Shown here piece after piece: positions 38,669 through 53,004 of a stretch of 64,000 nt of DNA. The first letter of the stretch is position 1. The number at the start of each line of letters is the position of its first letter. Location: contig OX597831.1 in assembly GCA_951406725.2 (NCBI GenBank), positions 61,752,001 to 61,816,000 on the forward strand, written 5' to 3'. The position numbers and the translations under genes were made by a program. The notes under the pieces are model-generated. The model was not told where the DNA came from. It did not search any database and saw only the letters and a program-made list of their open reading frames with translations. Source of the stretch: Octopus vulgaris. Taxonomy: Eukaryota.

Positions 38669-39361
38669 CACGTCATGTTCAGAACGAGAATGATTCATTT
38701 TGACAGTAGGTCACTTCAGTCAGAAATGGTCTGAGGGCTAAAACAGCAATGTGTGTTGAATGCATTGCAGTCATATTTTTGCCAAAGGGTTTCTTTTTGT
38801 GTGTATTAGGAGCTATATCATTCTATCTGCTCTTCTCTTTTTATGTTAGTAATGTGTGATAAGAGAGATATTTGACTGAAATTACTTGTGTGTCGTACGC
38901 CCATGTAGTGATTTCTTCATGAGCACAGGATATATTGTTTGTACTTTTTGTATCCAAAAGACAGGCGTTAACGTGATGGTCTATAATTAAATGCATTTCA
39001 GCTGTAACCGTTCTGTATTTTTAGGTTTATGTAGAACTGCTTTATCCAGTGTTTCACTTACATTTTTAAATGGTAGGAAATGATCTGTAGCAGATTTGGC
39101 TGCTCCTTTTAGTTTATAGACCATCCGAATATGATCTCAGAAATTAATGTGCTGTTGTTCTTATTATTGTTAGCCGTGATCAAGCACACCAATGGTTAAA
39201 TGGCATTTCAGATCTATTAATCCTAGATTTTTTTTTTGGTCAAAGTTTATATAAGATTCCACAATCCAGTGTGTACTTTGTATGACTTTGATTTAAGGGC
39301 GATTTGGTTGTCGTTTCTGACGTATCGAACAATTTTATTTAGTAGTACCATTGAGAATTCA

Positions 39362-39588
39362 TAGAAGAAGACTTGGGCTACGACGATCAAGGAGGACCTC
39401 TCCGTACTTACGGGCCCGCAGGTGGTCGGCCTGCGCAGATGGAACCATGACTGGCTCGCTATCTCCGGTGAACTGGCGCACGACCGTCGTGCGTGGGTTG
39501 CCATGGTTCGAGATGCCTCGAGGGTGCTAGAAGAAGCCGACTCAACCCGCCCAGGGTGAATGTCGCCGCCAGTACAAGTAAGTAAGTA
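39362..39588 (+). mobile_element. RTE LINE extreme 3' end
   Basis: KKTWATTIKEDL...WNHDWLAISGELAHDRRAWVAMVRD..EADSTRPG*, then an (AAGT)n tail. Confidence 0.85.
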
Positions 39589-39603
39589 TCGAACAAAGAA
39601 GTC

Positions 39604-39788
39604 ATATTGGTTCCAAATTTTGGCACAAGGCCAGCAAGTTCAGGGGAGGAGGTAGGTCGATTACATCGACCCCGAAAGAATGAAAGGCAAAGTGGACCTT
39701 GTTGGAATTTGAACCTAGAACGTAAAGACAAACGAAATACCGCTAAGCATTTCGCTCGGCGTGTCATGAATCTACCAGCTCACCAGCT
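39604..39788 (-). mobile_element. SINE family B (internally deleted)
   Basis: Match to the family. Confidence 0.75.
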
Positions 39789-41595
39789 TCAGACAACCAA
39801 ATCATATTAAAAGGATCTTTTCTCTCCTTTAATTTTCGATGGATTAGCTGAATCATTAAATTATCGGATAAAATGAGTAGAGACATTTGTTCCACTCTGA
39901 ACATTCTGATTTCAAAGCTAACTTTATATTACATCTTTCGAAAGTGAGAAAGAAAGTATCAGTCAAAAGTACCATAGTTTATCTAGTCGACAAAATCCTT
40001 ACACACAAAATTTATTGCTTTGTATCTAAGTAAGAATTCATAACCAATATGAATAAAATGACCCGATTTCCTTCCGTGTTCTATATACATATGGCATAGT
40101 TTTATTATTCATACAACACACTATATCACTAGAGGCATAGTTATATAAAATAACAATTTATTCGTCCCAAAATTTAATATAGTGTTTTGTAACTATATTT
40201 AGTTTCTCATTTATAGCCGATCTACAGAATTGACACTTTGAAATTAAATTCCAGTCAATCAAAGATTTTTAATGTTAATATATCGAATTTGACTAAGGGT
40301 AACTGGAAGGAAAATAAAACGAAGTATTGTTATGAATTTGATTTGCGCAGTTTCTTTAGTCACCTATTCATATACGACTGTTTCTCTTACTAAATCTGTC
40401 TGGCAAGCAAGTTGTTAAATATTGAGAAAATATATAAATATATAAAGTAATGCACTTGAGATTTTTGCTTCCAGGTAAAAAGTAACATCTAATGGATGAA
40501 AAGTATTTTCCGAGCAGTGTTTGATTGTTTTATTATTCTTGCGGTAGTTGTTGTTGTTTCTGCTGCTGGTTGTTGCTGCTGTTATTATTGTTGCTGTTGT
40601 TGTTGTTACTGTTTTTGTTATTATTATTATCGTTGTTGATGCTGTTGCTATCATGTTTCAAAAATCTTACACTGGCTTCACCTTCAACACCAGGTGCACC
40701 TCAGCTCTGTTGAGTTGTCTGCAATATTGTCTGTTAGCAGAGTAAGATTGTGTTTGTATGCTACAAACGGTTTTGCTATATTATTTCGTTTGATTGTGGT
40801 GGTTTGCATATATGATGGGAATTCGTAGTACGTATTGTTTGAGTTATGTAACGTGTGTGTATGTATGCGTGGTTCGTGATTTTTTTAGGTATACAACGCA
40901 TGAAATGGACGGCCTCAGCTCAACCCTAATTGACCAGATTTACAATCAGAGGCATACCACTTATGACTAGCCAGTCTTTTCTATCTAAATATTTTCCTAC
41001 ATAATTCTTTTTTTTTTCATTTAATGTTGCCTTTATGAAAAGGATTGGGTGTGATTTGAGGAAAATTCATGTCTTAATTCTAGCAGGTCAATCTAGCAAG
41101 TCACGTAGAGGTACCGTTGTTATATAGTGTAGGGTGTGTTAATCTTTGGAGTTGCGGTTGTGCAGAATATGGTATTACAAGAGATGTGCAAAGAGTGTAG
41201 TGTATGAGATGTACTACTGAAACAAAAATGCATTCTATATATATATATATATGGGCTGCACCCATTGAGCCTATTTTATAGATTTTATGCTGAAACCCAG
41301 GGTATCGTTTCCTGTTACTAATCATATGCCTCATTAAACTGTGTTTTAATCACTTTTCGCATTGTTTCTTTTTTATTTCATGCACATATTTTTCTTATTT
41401 CTACTTCAAGATCCATGTTGTTTGTATTTTAGCTTCTGCCAAGTAAATTATTCTTTCTAGAAGAAATCAAGATGTCTTTTAGTGTGTAGAGGCTCTTGCG
41501 ACTGTTTTTGATTATAACATCTGGATCATTCAACTCTGTCTCTGAGTCGTTCTGGATAAATATATTCCAGATTATCCTGGCCAGATCATCTCTTC

Positions 41596-42142
41596 TCTAT
41601 ATATAAAACTGAAATGCGTTTTTACCGCTTGGATCGCTTTCAATGCCACTACATCCCGTCCGATTCGCTCCAAAATTTACAGGGACATGTAGAATGAGGT
41701 GACGATGCTCATGGGCTACCTTAGAAATCCATGTCTTAAAAGGTGTGGTTGCTAGGGGCCATCTTCCTCACTCACCCTATTTCCCCCAGTACCCTCTCAC
41801 TCCTCTTCATTTCACAAGTCCACTCCAGTTATTTAATGTAAAGTCTTTCTCAAATCACTCTCTCGCTATTTCCTCTCTTCCAAGAACATTTTCACTCACT
41901 CTTATCTCTTAGCTTCCCATACATTTTACTCATGTATCTATCAGCGTTCATAGACAGAAACAAATATTATATCGCCTTCGCCATCGCCATCGCCATCGCA
42001 TTCTATTGTCTACCTGTCAACACACACACACATATATACATATATCTAATATTATATTTTTATTTTTATGTTTTTGTTTTTGGTTTTTTACTGTTTCATT
42101 TCCCTATTAATAGTTTTATCTCTAATTCAATTTCTACAGCGT

Positions 42143-42217
<75 letters not shown>

Positions 42218-43988
42218 ACCTATATGTGGCCCCAGTACACCCGAATGAAATCGGGTTCTCTTCATCAAAATGTGAAAAGGGGTCTACAATTATCATCGCC
42301 ACAACTTATGTATGTCTTCCTCACTCACTCACTCTTTTTCCTAATGATAATTATCATCGCCACCACCAACACCACCAACACACAATCATGACAATCTTTC
42401 TCTTAAAACAAATCATGTTTACATTGCAAAATATTTCATTTTCCCGTCCTCTCTTTCATATATCACCTTTTCTTTCTCGAGCTCTCTCTTTTTTAGCCGT
42501 CTCTATTTATTCTACAACGAGTCTATCAATGACAGCCGCAAAAGTTTCAATATTCCTACTTCACCTCTTTCAGAAACGCAACAGATATTTTTTTTTGCCG
42601 GGGTTAAAGCCCACTACATCCCGTCGGATTCACTCCAAAATTTACACCTTCTCTTTCTACCTCTAACTCCCATTCAATTTCTCTTTATCTCCATTCTTAA
42701 AGATAATTATCATCGCCACCACCACATCCAACACACAATCTGGACAATCTTTCTCTTATAACAAATCATGTTTACATTGCAACGACGTCTGTTCTATGGT
42801 CTATGACCAGAACTCGGGAAACTTGCTTGACTGTTCTACGGTCTATGACCAGAACTCGGGAAACTTGGTTGAGTGTTCTATGGTCTATGACCAGAACTTG
42901 GGAAACTTGGTTGAGTCCTCATCTTATAAAATGTGGCCCCACTAGACCCAAATGAAATCGGGTTATATTAACCAAAATGTGAAAAGGGGTCTAAATGGGG
43001 CTGGAAGGGGATTAAAATTTAAAGGAACGGGTGTTTAGCAATTCTCTGTTACATCAAGCTAAAAAATTTGCGCCAGCCTTTTAATCGTCAATGTGTTGCT
43101 GACCATGATGAAGAAGTTTTGAATGCTTGCCATCGTGAGTCTACTGTCGTGAGAAAGAATCAATTCAAAACTTGGTTTTTAGGGATTTTCTTTTACATCA
43201 AGTTCAAAATTTTACGCCAGCCGTTGAACTGTCAATACGTTGCTGTCCGTCGTTAAGAAAAGCCAGCCATGGTGACTCTACTATCCTCAAATTCTATCCC
43301 TTCAAACTTTGGTTTCCAATATTTTATTATTTTTATTCAGCTCGCAAGTTCGTCTGTCCCTTTTAAATGTTAGTGTTTTGCTGTCTGTCTTGAAGCAGAC
43401 CTTTCCGTTGTTACTGCCTGATATTTATGATTGATCTTTCTAAATATTTTATTTCTCAACTTACTCAAGATCTTTTGTTGTTTATAAATGGGAGAGAGAT
43501 ACATAAAGATAGAGAGTAAGAGAAAGCGAGGGAGAGTCCGAGAGAAAGGAAGAGTAAGAGAGTGGGAAAGTGAGAGAGAAAGGAGAAAGAAACAAAGAGG
43601 GAGAATCATCATCATCATCATCATCATCGTTTAACGTCCGTTTTCCGTGCTAGCACGGGTTGGACAGTTTGACAGGGGTCTGGGAAGCCAGGAGGCTGCA
43701 CCAGGCTCCAGTCTGATCTGGCAGTGTTTCGACAGGTGGATGCCCTTCCTAACGCCAACCACTCTGTGAGCGTAGTGGGTGCTTTTTTCGTGCCGCCTGC
43801 ACAGGTGCCAGGGGGCTGGCAGCGGCCACGATCGGTTGGTGCTTTTTACGTGCCACCAGCACAGAAGCCAGTCAAGGCGGCGCTGCAATCCACCACGTTC
43901 GGATGGTGCTTTTTACGTGCTGAAAGGAAGCAACAGAAAGTAACAACCACACTCTTACCCGCGCGTAGAGCGGGTCACCTTCAGCTAG
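41596..43988 (+). mobile_element. Composite non-autonomous Helitron-like element with nested SINE C (43606-43920)
   Basis: 5' TCTATATATAAAA; 3' hairpin acccgc-N7-gcgggt (43957-75) then CTAG|T; internal duplications. Confidence 0.6.
42789..42914. repeat. 42-bp minisatellite, 3 copies
   Basis: Unit (c/g)tgttcta(t/c)ggtctatgaccagaact(c/t)gggaaacttg(c/g)ttga. Confidence 0.9.
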
Positions 43989-44351
43989 TATATATATATA
44001 AACGGCAAAATGTCTGCGTGTGTGTCCTTTATAAAAATCCACAATTTTTCCAGTTAGAGGGCTCGCACTATCTATGGTCATTGAAAACCGTCCAAGGGTG
44101 GTCGTGCACATCTTTACATTTCCCCAGTCACCCCGCCAAGCCATTAAAAAATAAATAGAAGTGACTTTTTTGTGAATTTTCTATCCAAAACCTAATCAAA
44201 ATGCCCGAAACTTGATACGCCAATTGAATGCCAGCTAGCTGTATGTGATCGGTCGGAGATTTGGGCAGTACTCACGTGTACGTGCGCACACATGCAGCTG
44301 TATATGCAAGCACTAGCACTATGACCCGGTGTTGCCGGGTCATAGTGCTAG
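43989..44351 (+). mobile_element. Short Helitron-like element directly after the previous one
   Basis: TATATATAAA start; terminal 18-bp stem 44312-44352 ending in CTAG|T. Confidence 0.65.
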
Positions 44352-44589
44352 TTGTCATATAAAATGCATTTCACATGCTTATACTATTACTCTCTATTTT
44401 TCATCTCAAAGTAGCATTAACATGTTACTCAGTGGGTTAAACCACCAACTTGTACATCTATTGGTATATTCTAATCTTGTAGTACTGTCCACTCAAAGTA
44501 TGATACCATCCACAGTGTACATCTTAACAGAGTATCTCTAGTCGGTTAACCGATATAACCTGCTGGTGTGCAATGGAAAACCCTTTAAT

Positions 44590-45130
44590 ATTAAATTTTG
44601 GAGGAGGGAGGCAGTTGATTAGATCGACCTCAGTACGCAACTGGTACTTAATTTGTCGACTCCGAAAAGATGAAAGGCAATGTTGACCTCGGCGTAATTT
44701 GAACTCATAACGTAAAGACAGAGGAAATACCTATTTCTTTATAACCCACAAGGGGCTAAACATAGAGGGGACAAAAAAGGACAGAAAAAGGGATTAAGCC
44801 GATTACATCGACCCCAGTGCGTAACTGGCACTTTATTTATCGACCCCGAAAGGTGAAAAGGCAAAGTCGACCTCGGCGGAATTTGAACTCAGAACGTAAC
44901 GGCAGACGAAATGCCTATTTCTTTACTACCCACAAAGGGCTAAACACAGAGGGGACAAACAAGGACAGCCAAAGGGATTCTTCAAGGTAGTGCCCCAGCA
45001 TGGCCGCAGTCTAATAACTACAACAAGTAAAAAGGAAAAAAACATTCCGGGGTCGATGCGTTCAACTAAAAATTCTTCAAGGTGGTGCCCCAGCATGGCC
45101 TCAGTCTAATTACTGAAACAAGTAAAAGGT
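44590..45130. mobile_element. Cluster of tandem SINE B fragments (minus) and SINE A tails (plus)
   Basis: Matches to both families. Confidence 0.75.
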
Positions 45131-45497
45131 GTAAAAAACGAAAAAATAATCGAAAAATATAACCGTGGAGCTTTTGCCCGTGAGGCTTTTGTCCTAGGGG
45201 CTTTGTCCTACACTCACAAATCATATGCCTCATCGATTCCTGTTTATGTATTCTTTGACTTAACTCTTATTACTCATACTGACTAAAGCATGCTTCATGA
45301 TCTCCATAGACAAAATTCACGATATATCAGTTGTGGCAAGTTTTGAACTTCTGGCTTTGTCATTTGGCATTTTAACGTCAATAATACTGTATCTGATATT
45401 CAATTTCTGTGTTGTCTTTCTCTCTTCTTTCTATCTCTCTCTTATACACACACGCATTATATAATACACACACATATGTATGTGCGTGTGCGTGTAC

Positions 45498-45545
<48 letters not shown>

Positions 45546-46519
45546 TTGTATGTATATATATATATATAAATACATTAAAAGGCTGCAGTAATCAGAGAAG
45601 TCTAAGTGTTGATATTGCAATAGATAGTACATTGGAGTTAAGATATGAGAAATTGTAGAATATATCGTATTGTGTATAGGAATGGATTGGGAAAGCGGCA
45701 ATTTGTAGCAGAAATGAAATACAGTCAGAACAACGATTTCTATCTGAGTGATGTTAGAATTGTTGAAGTGAAATAGTAGATTGAGAGATTTTCATTAATA
45801 ATGTAAACGGTTATGATGTGGCAGTTTCTGAAGTTTTAAACTCAAATAGTTATTGTTAGGAGTAGAGCGTGTGTTGAGTTGCTGTTTGTGAGATAACCTT
45901 GTTAAGATGTTTTACTGTCAATATGTACAATAACTTGATTTAACTATTATTGCATGGAGCAATCCTATGTAAGAGCTTCTATGCAGTCGTTTGACCTACA
46001 AGGAATAACAGGGTAAATATCCCTAAAATTATATCCTATTATCATGAAGAGGGGAACTTGGTATTAGGAAAAAATTGGATGTTTACAGTTTAAACTATTT
46101 TGATTATAAGCTCGTCAACAACAAATTATATAGAGCTAACAGAAAGATAAATTTATGCAGCTTCTAGAATTCAATTTTATAATACGATGCGTATTTAAAT
46201 TCCTAAATGCAGTCTATTATAAAATGCTAAATGGGATGATATTACAACAGTTTCAATGAAGGAAAGCAATTGTTCCCTGTTTGCTTTCATGTAAACGTAA
46301 ATGACTCAATTAGTTTCAATGAGGGTTTTTCAAACTGCTTGGGCCTTCTAGTAAGAAAGTATGCCAATATTATGCATTATATGCCACCGCTTATAAGCCA
46401 AATTTGATGACAAACTAAGGCGTCTAATAATTATTTTAAATGTCGTCTTGAATTGCACTTTTGGAAAGGTTAATTCTGGATACCAAGTGAGAAATTTATA
46501 TATATATATATATATATAC

Positions 46520-46732
46520 TTTATTTAAAAGCAGCAGAAATATAACAAAAGCTGTTACTCGGAGTTTCACGTTCCCGTTCGTCGGACTTTTTTTAACAAT
46601 GCGGGAACGTGAAACTCCGAGTAACAGCTTTTGTTATATTTCTGCTGCTTTTAAATAAAATATATTACTCTACCTCTGGTATTTGAGTACTCTTTTTTCC
46701 ACCTTGTTTTACATTTATGTGCTTACTCCAGT
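46520..46732 (+). mobile_element. Penelope-like pLTR with 58-bp inverted 5' duplication and hammerhead-like motif
   Basis: 46520-46577 is the exact reverse complement of 46602-46659. Confidence 0.7.
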
Positions 46733-46826
46733 ATATATATATATATTATATTGTGTGGAATTTGATTTAGTATTTCTAAATTGAATTCTTTTTCGTTGTA
46801 AGTTTGGATTTTATTCCCTCAAACAA

Positions 46827-46867
<41 letters not shown>

Positions 46868-48827
46868 GCCTGCTCGCTTAGCCAGCGGGGTGGCGTCATT
46901 CGAAGGCTAATACAATGCGAACGCATTGTGACCAGCGATGTTTAACAACATATGATGGTCTGGTCGGTCACGTGATATATGTATGTATGTATGTATACTT
47001 TCACTTGTGAATTGTTGTAACCTTGTAAACAGAATTAGAATTTTGGATTTGAACACCTACATTGCTTGGTTTAATTTTAGTTCTACACAAATCTGTCATC
47101 TTCAAGCAAGTACCTATGTATATGTACATCATTACAGTTGAATATACAAATAAATGGAAACATTAAATATGCTAGGTGGCTACGTGACATCTACTACAAG
47201 CTATGTTTGCAAAGTTTGTCAGTATAATGATTTCATCAGATTACCCTTATCTATATGGTTATATTCACACCATAATAGTTTGAGAGCAACATAAACGAAC
47301 ATAAGTGCGATCTTTCAAATGCAGGACAATTATTTGAATTAACTTTCGAACATTTATGTTATCCATTTTATCATTTTGAAATGTTTTGAAGATTTTAATT
47401 CATTACATAGAAAGTCGTAACAATATGATGCAAGCCACCATAGGCTGTGAGGAAGAAGAGAACTCTAACGTTTCGGTTTAAATGCTTCATCGGTGAGAAA
47501 TTAAGTAATATCTACAAGATACCATTACCCTAACAATTTATTATGTCGCCCAACGCACCATCTGCTTCTGGAGTAGCAATATAAGAAAACTACAAACACT
47601 AGTAGTGAATTCTAAAGATAGAATCTTGGCTACGATGATACATTGTAACTGAATATGATTTGCAATGTGCAAGACTTGATACAGTCACCGAAACTGCATA
47701 TTAATAATAAATAGCAAAAGTTTCCTACTGTTATTTTCGAGAGAACATCTGAAATTGACTTACATCTGAAATATTAATAGATGTAGAACAGACGTCAAAT
47801 TGATTGCATATGTATGTGGTTTACATCTAAATAATATATGCCAAGGCATATATTGACTCTCCGATTGGCAACTACAATTTCTCCTTCATCATCTTTCTGA
47901 ATAAGTGCTTCTATTAAAAATATTGAAGTTTTTATATAAAAAAATCAGTGGATGGAAAAAGATTGGTAAATTGAAAACAGAATCAAGGTCTGACTGTGTG
48001 GATAAATAATCAGTAATTATATAATCTTATTAATTTCTGAGACGGAGAAAATAGTTTTGTTCATTAGCCTGCAAAAGGAGAGCTAGATGAAATTCAACAC
48101 TGCATAAACAAAAGGAACCAGTGTAGAGGAGATGTAATCAATATTCCAGACAAGCTGACAAACAAGTTCCACTTAGAGTGAGTACTTGAGCTGTTTTGAC
48201 AAGTCTTTCATATGTAGAATCTTTCTTCGGATAACCTGAACTTCAGTGAAATATTTCTGTATCAAAATGATAAATATTCTTATATAAGGTGTACAAACCA
48301 TGTTGGGGATGTGCATAGGCAATAACGGTTGTCTGGCACCTAAATGGCTAGAAGTTATTCAAAGAAATTTAGAACAAGAACAATGAAGCTTTCATTGTGC
48401 ATTGAAGAAAGATTTTATACTGTATATGTCAGAAGTGACACGCGGTATAGCAGTCCTAGACAAGGTTATATCTTGAAATGGTAGCATTCTTTCAGCAAGC
48501 AACTATATTGCTTTCTATTATTTTGTCTATTTTTAATTATGTTTCTGCTCATATAAATCTGTATAGACATGAGAAATTGGTATGTCAGATAAGTTTTCTG
48601 TCATTATTAACTTTTCTCAATTTACATTTCTTCTCGTTCTATTGTTATCACCCTTCCAGTATTGTTTAACTTACTCTAAAGACAAGTGGTTTTTCTTTTT
48701 ACGTCTGAAATGTGTATTCCTTTATTAATCTCCAAAGAGTAGTCAACTTTCGAGAAATTTACTCTAAAATTTTGAAAAACAAAGTGTCTGTAGTATATTA
48801 AATTCAAGAGATGAATAAAGTGAAACG

Positions 48828-48878
<51 letters not shown>

Positions 48879-49599
48879 TACACATATATGAATGTGTGGG
48901 TGTACATTTAAGTACTTATGTATGTACATATACATACGCATGCATGCATACATATACATACATACATACATACATACATACATACATACATACATACATA
49001 CATACGTGCAAACATACAGATATATGTATATATGTATACTGTCACATACACACGGAGTTGTCCACCAGTTCGCACATTTCTTGGTTAAATCGGTTTCACT
49101 TGAACATGCTTTTCGTTTTGATCAATTTTTCATTTTGATTTACGTGTATCATTTGGAAAGATCTCTTCATCGGTTTGTCGTTTCCATTTCAGCTTTTCAT
49201 CTTCGTTTCATTTTATTCTCAATTCACTTCTACGGGAGTGAAGCAGAGATCACACATTGAAATGGCACTTAAGTTAGCTTCAATTTTGACTACATTGTTA
49301 AATATGTTCAAGTTTGAATAATGGAGTTTCAAATGTCAAAACCAAAAATTGTAGGAAACTTTTGATTTCTATCGAAATAAATGTTAAAATGTCAAATAAA
49401 CTTGAAACCCAATACTGCGAAATAGTGTAATATAAGCAACATTTAGGATTTTTATAGAAACTACAAATCAGAGACGGTGTAATTGCAGCACCGTCAAAGA
49501 GTTCAAAATACACATCATACGTAGTATTACTGTGGTTGTCCCCAAGATTACGTACAAATAGCGTTGCTATAAGAAAAATAACAGTAAGCCTTTTCAATC

Positions 49600-50900
49600 A
49601 AATCCTTATTACCAATTAAGCATCTAATCAACTATTAACAACTACCTGGGTTTTCGATCAGTAAAGGATACCTTGAAAAAAAGAAAAATTAAGATCGAAG
49701 CTTTATACTAATGATAAAAGTGGATTATGTAATAAGAAGACTTGTAGAATTCTATTCATAACTATCAAAATTATTGAAGGTTTCAATTCCTCAAAACAAA
49801 TATTTGAAGGTGATAAAACAAGTCTGTTGTGTAAAAATGCGAAAGAGAACTTTTCTCTCAAGAAGAATTAATGGATTCAGAGACCGTAAACATTGAATTG
49901 AATCATTGTACATTAGGTGATAGTTTCATGGCGCCTTATTAAATAAAACATCTCTTAATGTACAATGAGGGAATTACACAAAAAATTACCTCCAAGTTCT
50001 TTGGCCTGCAAGTGAAAATATCATAGATGACTAGCATAATATTCGGAAACTGATTTTATGAATATTTTTTTTTTGTTCATGAGGCTGAAATTCATGCAAG
50101 GTTTCAGAATTTTATTACTAATTGACAATGATCCACCACATCTTTGTGGTTTAGAACACACTGACGTCAAGTTTCTGCCGCCTTTTTTACGACCCAATAT
50201 CCCACTTACTCCCCCATTTAGATCAAGGCATAAATTGAAATATTAATACATTGTATTAAGATTTCTGTAATAAACACTGGCTATTATTCTGGAAGAAAAC
50301 TAGTTTAATGTTTCAAGCAGGGGAAATTTTTTTTTTATTGTTTCAATGGCAGTTTGTAAAATTAAGCAAGACACCTTAAATGCATATTTGAATGCCATTA
50401 TTCCTACATTACTAGTGAATAGTAATGATGTTAGAACAAAAGAAAAAAGGAAAAAACCTACACATAAACATAAATAATATTGCCTGTTCAAGATGAAGGA
50501 ATGGATGATTCAATTTGCGAAGAAATTGAAGAACTGTTTGTAAAGGATTTAGTTGACAAGGCCACCGAAATTCCAAATAATGAAAGCAAGTCTAATGTTG
50601 ATGAAGCGATTACTGAAAAAAAATTAATAAACGAACTACTAATGATAAAAACTATGGAAGCTAATTTCAATATGAATGATCCTAATATGGAACGCAGATT
50701 GAACTTTCAAATCAAAATATGGCAAAACATCGTGGAAAAAATGCGTGCAATAAAATTAGAGATTTTATGAGACAGACAGCTATGTAGAACATTGAAGAAG
50801 AAGCTAGTAGTAGTAGCAATGGTACGGATGATTTTTAAACAACAGAAAATAGTGAAATGACAAGATAAAATCTTCAAATGAAAACGATAATCACTGCATA
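49600..50900 (+). mobile_element. Highly decayed pogo/Tigger-like transposase
   Basis: QIFEGDKTSL, ILLLIDNDPPH, VKFLPP, DQG. Confidence 0.65.
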
Positions 50901-51324
50901 CGAAGACCATATTAAAAGCAATTAGTTTAAGCCATTGGTTTTGGTCTTTCTGAGGCACCACCTTTAGACGTTTTACCGGATCATATCTAGCTCAGTACAC
51001 ATTTCAGTTTTACTTATTTCATTGATCTCCCTTTAGCCAACTGCTACCTAACAGAACATAAAGTAACATAATGCAAAAAGAATGCTGCATTACAGGAATA
51101 GGCATATACAGACACACTTCTACAATAAGTAAAAATTTTCTTATTCTGTACTTTTCTAAGTGTAATAACTTGTCCTGTAATTTTCCAGGTTTATAATCTT
51201 AAGAATATTATTTCTCTGGCAGAGTTGTCCCTGCGACTGAAATTAAGAAGACGCGATCAATGAAATTATTTCACGAGGATTATATAAGCAATAAAATGTC
51301 AGGAGGTATGTATGATGATCATAT

Positions 51325-51356
<32 letters not shown>

Positions 51357-51742
51357 GTAGTTTTATATTTTAACCACTTGACATACTTAGGATTACGGCC
51401 GTTTCGCAGCCGTCTTCATGTAGTACTAATTTCAGTGTAGAATAAAGTTAAGGTTACACCTTTGCATTAATATGCATGCTATGCATTACACAATACGATT
51501 GTATATTCACGAATCAATGAAAGAAAGTAAACTATCTCATCAGAACTCCAGAACATCATGGTTACACCAGCGATTGACCTTTAAATGTGCATAGAAAAAT
51601 TTCTCTTTATATATACAATATATGAAAATTCGAATTTGTTTGGTTTGTAAAAATAAAGATCTGATAAATCGTATTACTTTAGATGCTATCCGGCAGTTCA
51701 GGGAGTTGGCTATTCTGAATGCTTGTAAAACACACACACACA

Positions 51743-51814
<72 letters not shown>

Positions 51815-52001
51815 CACACACATACGCACACACACATGCACACGTACACACGCTCACACACACAAAAAGAGAAGGCATAGAAAAAAAGACGGAGCATGGT
51901 AGTTAAAGAAAATATGAAAAAGTAAATATGAAAAGTAAATAAAAAGTATATAAAATCATATATAAGGGAAAAACTGCATACATACATGGATATATATGCA
52001 T

Positions 52002-52104
<103 letters not shown>

Positions 52105-52127
52105 TATACATATATATATATATATAA

Positions 52128-52357
52128 AGGCGGCGAGCTGGCAGAAACGTTAGCACGCCGGGCGAAATGCGTAGCCGTATTTCGTCTGTCGTTACGTTCT
52201 GAGTTCAAATTCCGCCGAGGTCGACTTTGCCTTTCATCCTTTCGGGGTCGATAAATAAAGTACAAGTTTCCAACTGGGGTCGATGTAATCGACTTAATAC
52301 CATTGTCTGTCCTTGTTTGTCCCCTCTATGTTTAGCCCCTTGTGGGCAGTAAAGAAA
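52128..52357 (+). mobile_element. SINE family B, well preserved
   Basis: Match to the family. Confidence 0.9.
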
Positions 52358-52502
52358 TATATATATATATATATATACAAATATATATATAGACACATAC
52401 ATGCATATATATAGACACACACATATATATATATACATATATATATATATATGTAAGTCTACATATATAACTTACACACACGCACACACATATATATATA
52501 TG

Positions 52503-52910
<408 letters not shown>

Positions 52911-53004
52911 ACACACACACACACATATATATATTCACATATATATACATATATACATAATCATATATATGTGTGTGTGTGTATGTTTATGTCTAACTTT
53001 GATA

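Noticed and set aside
41932-42666. 244-aa ORF
   Set aside because: Spans (CA)n and Helitron-internal low-complexity sequence.
42789-42914. CRISPR-like palindromic repeats
   Set aside because: Spacers are near-identical, context is eukaryotic, no cas genes.
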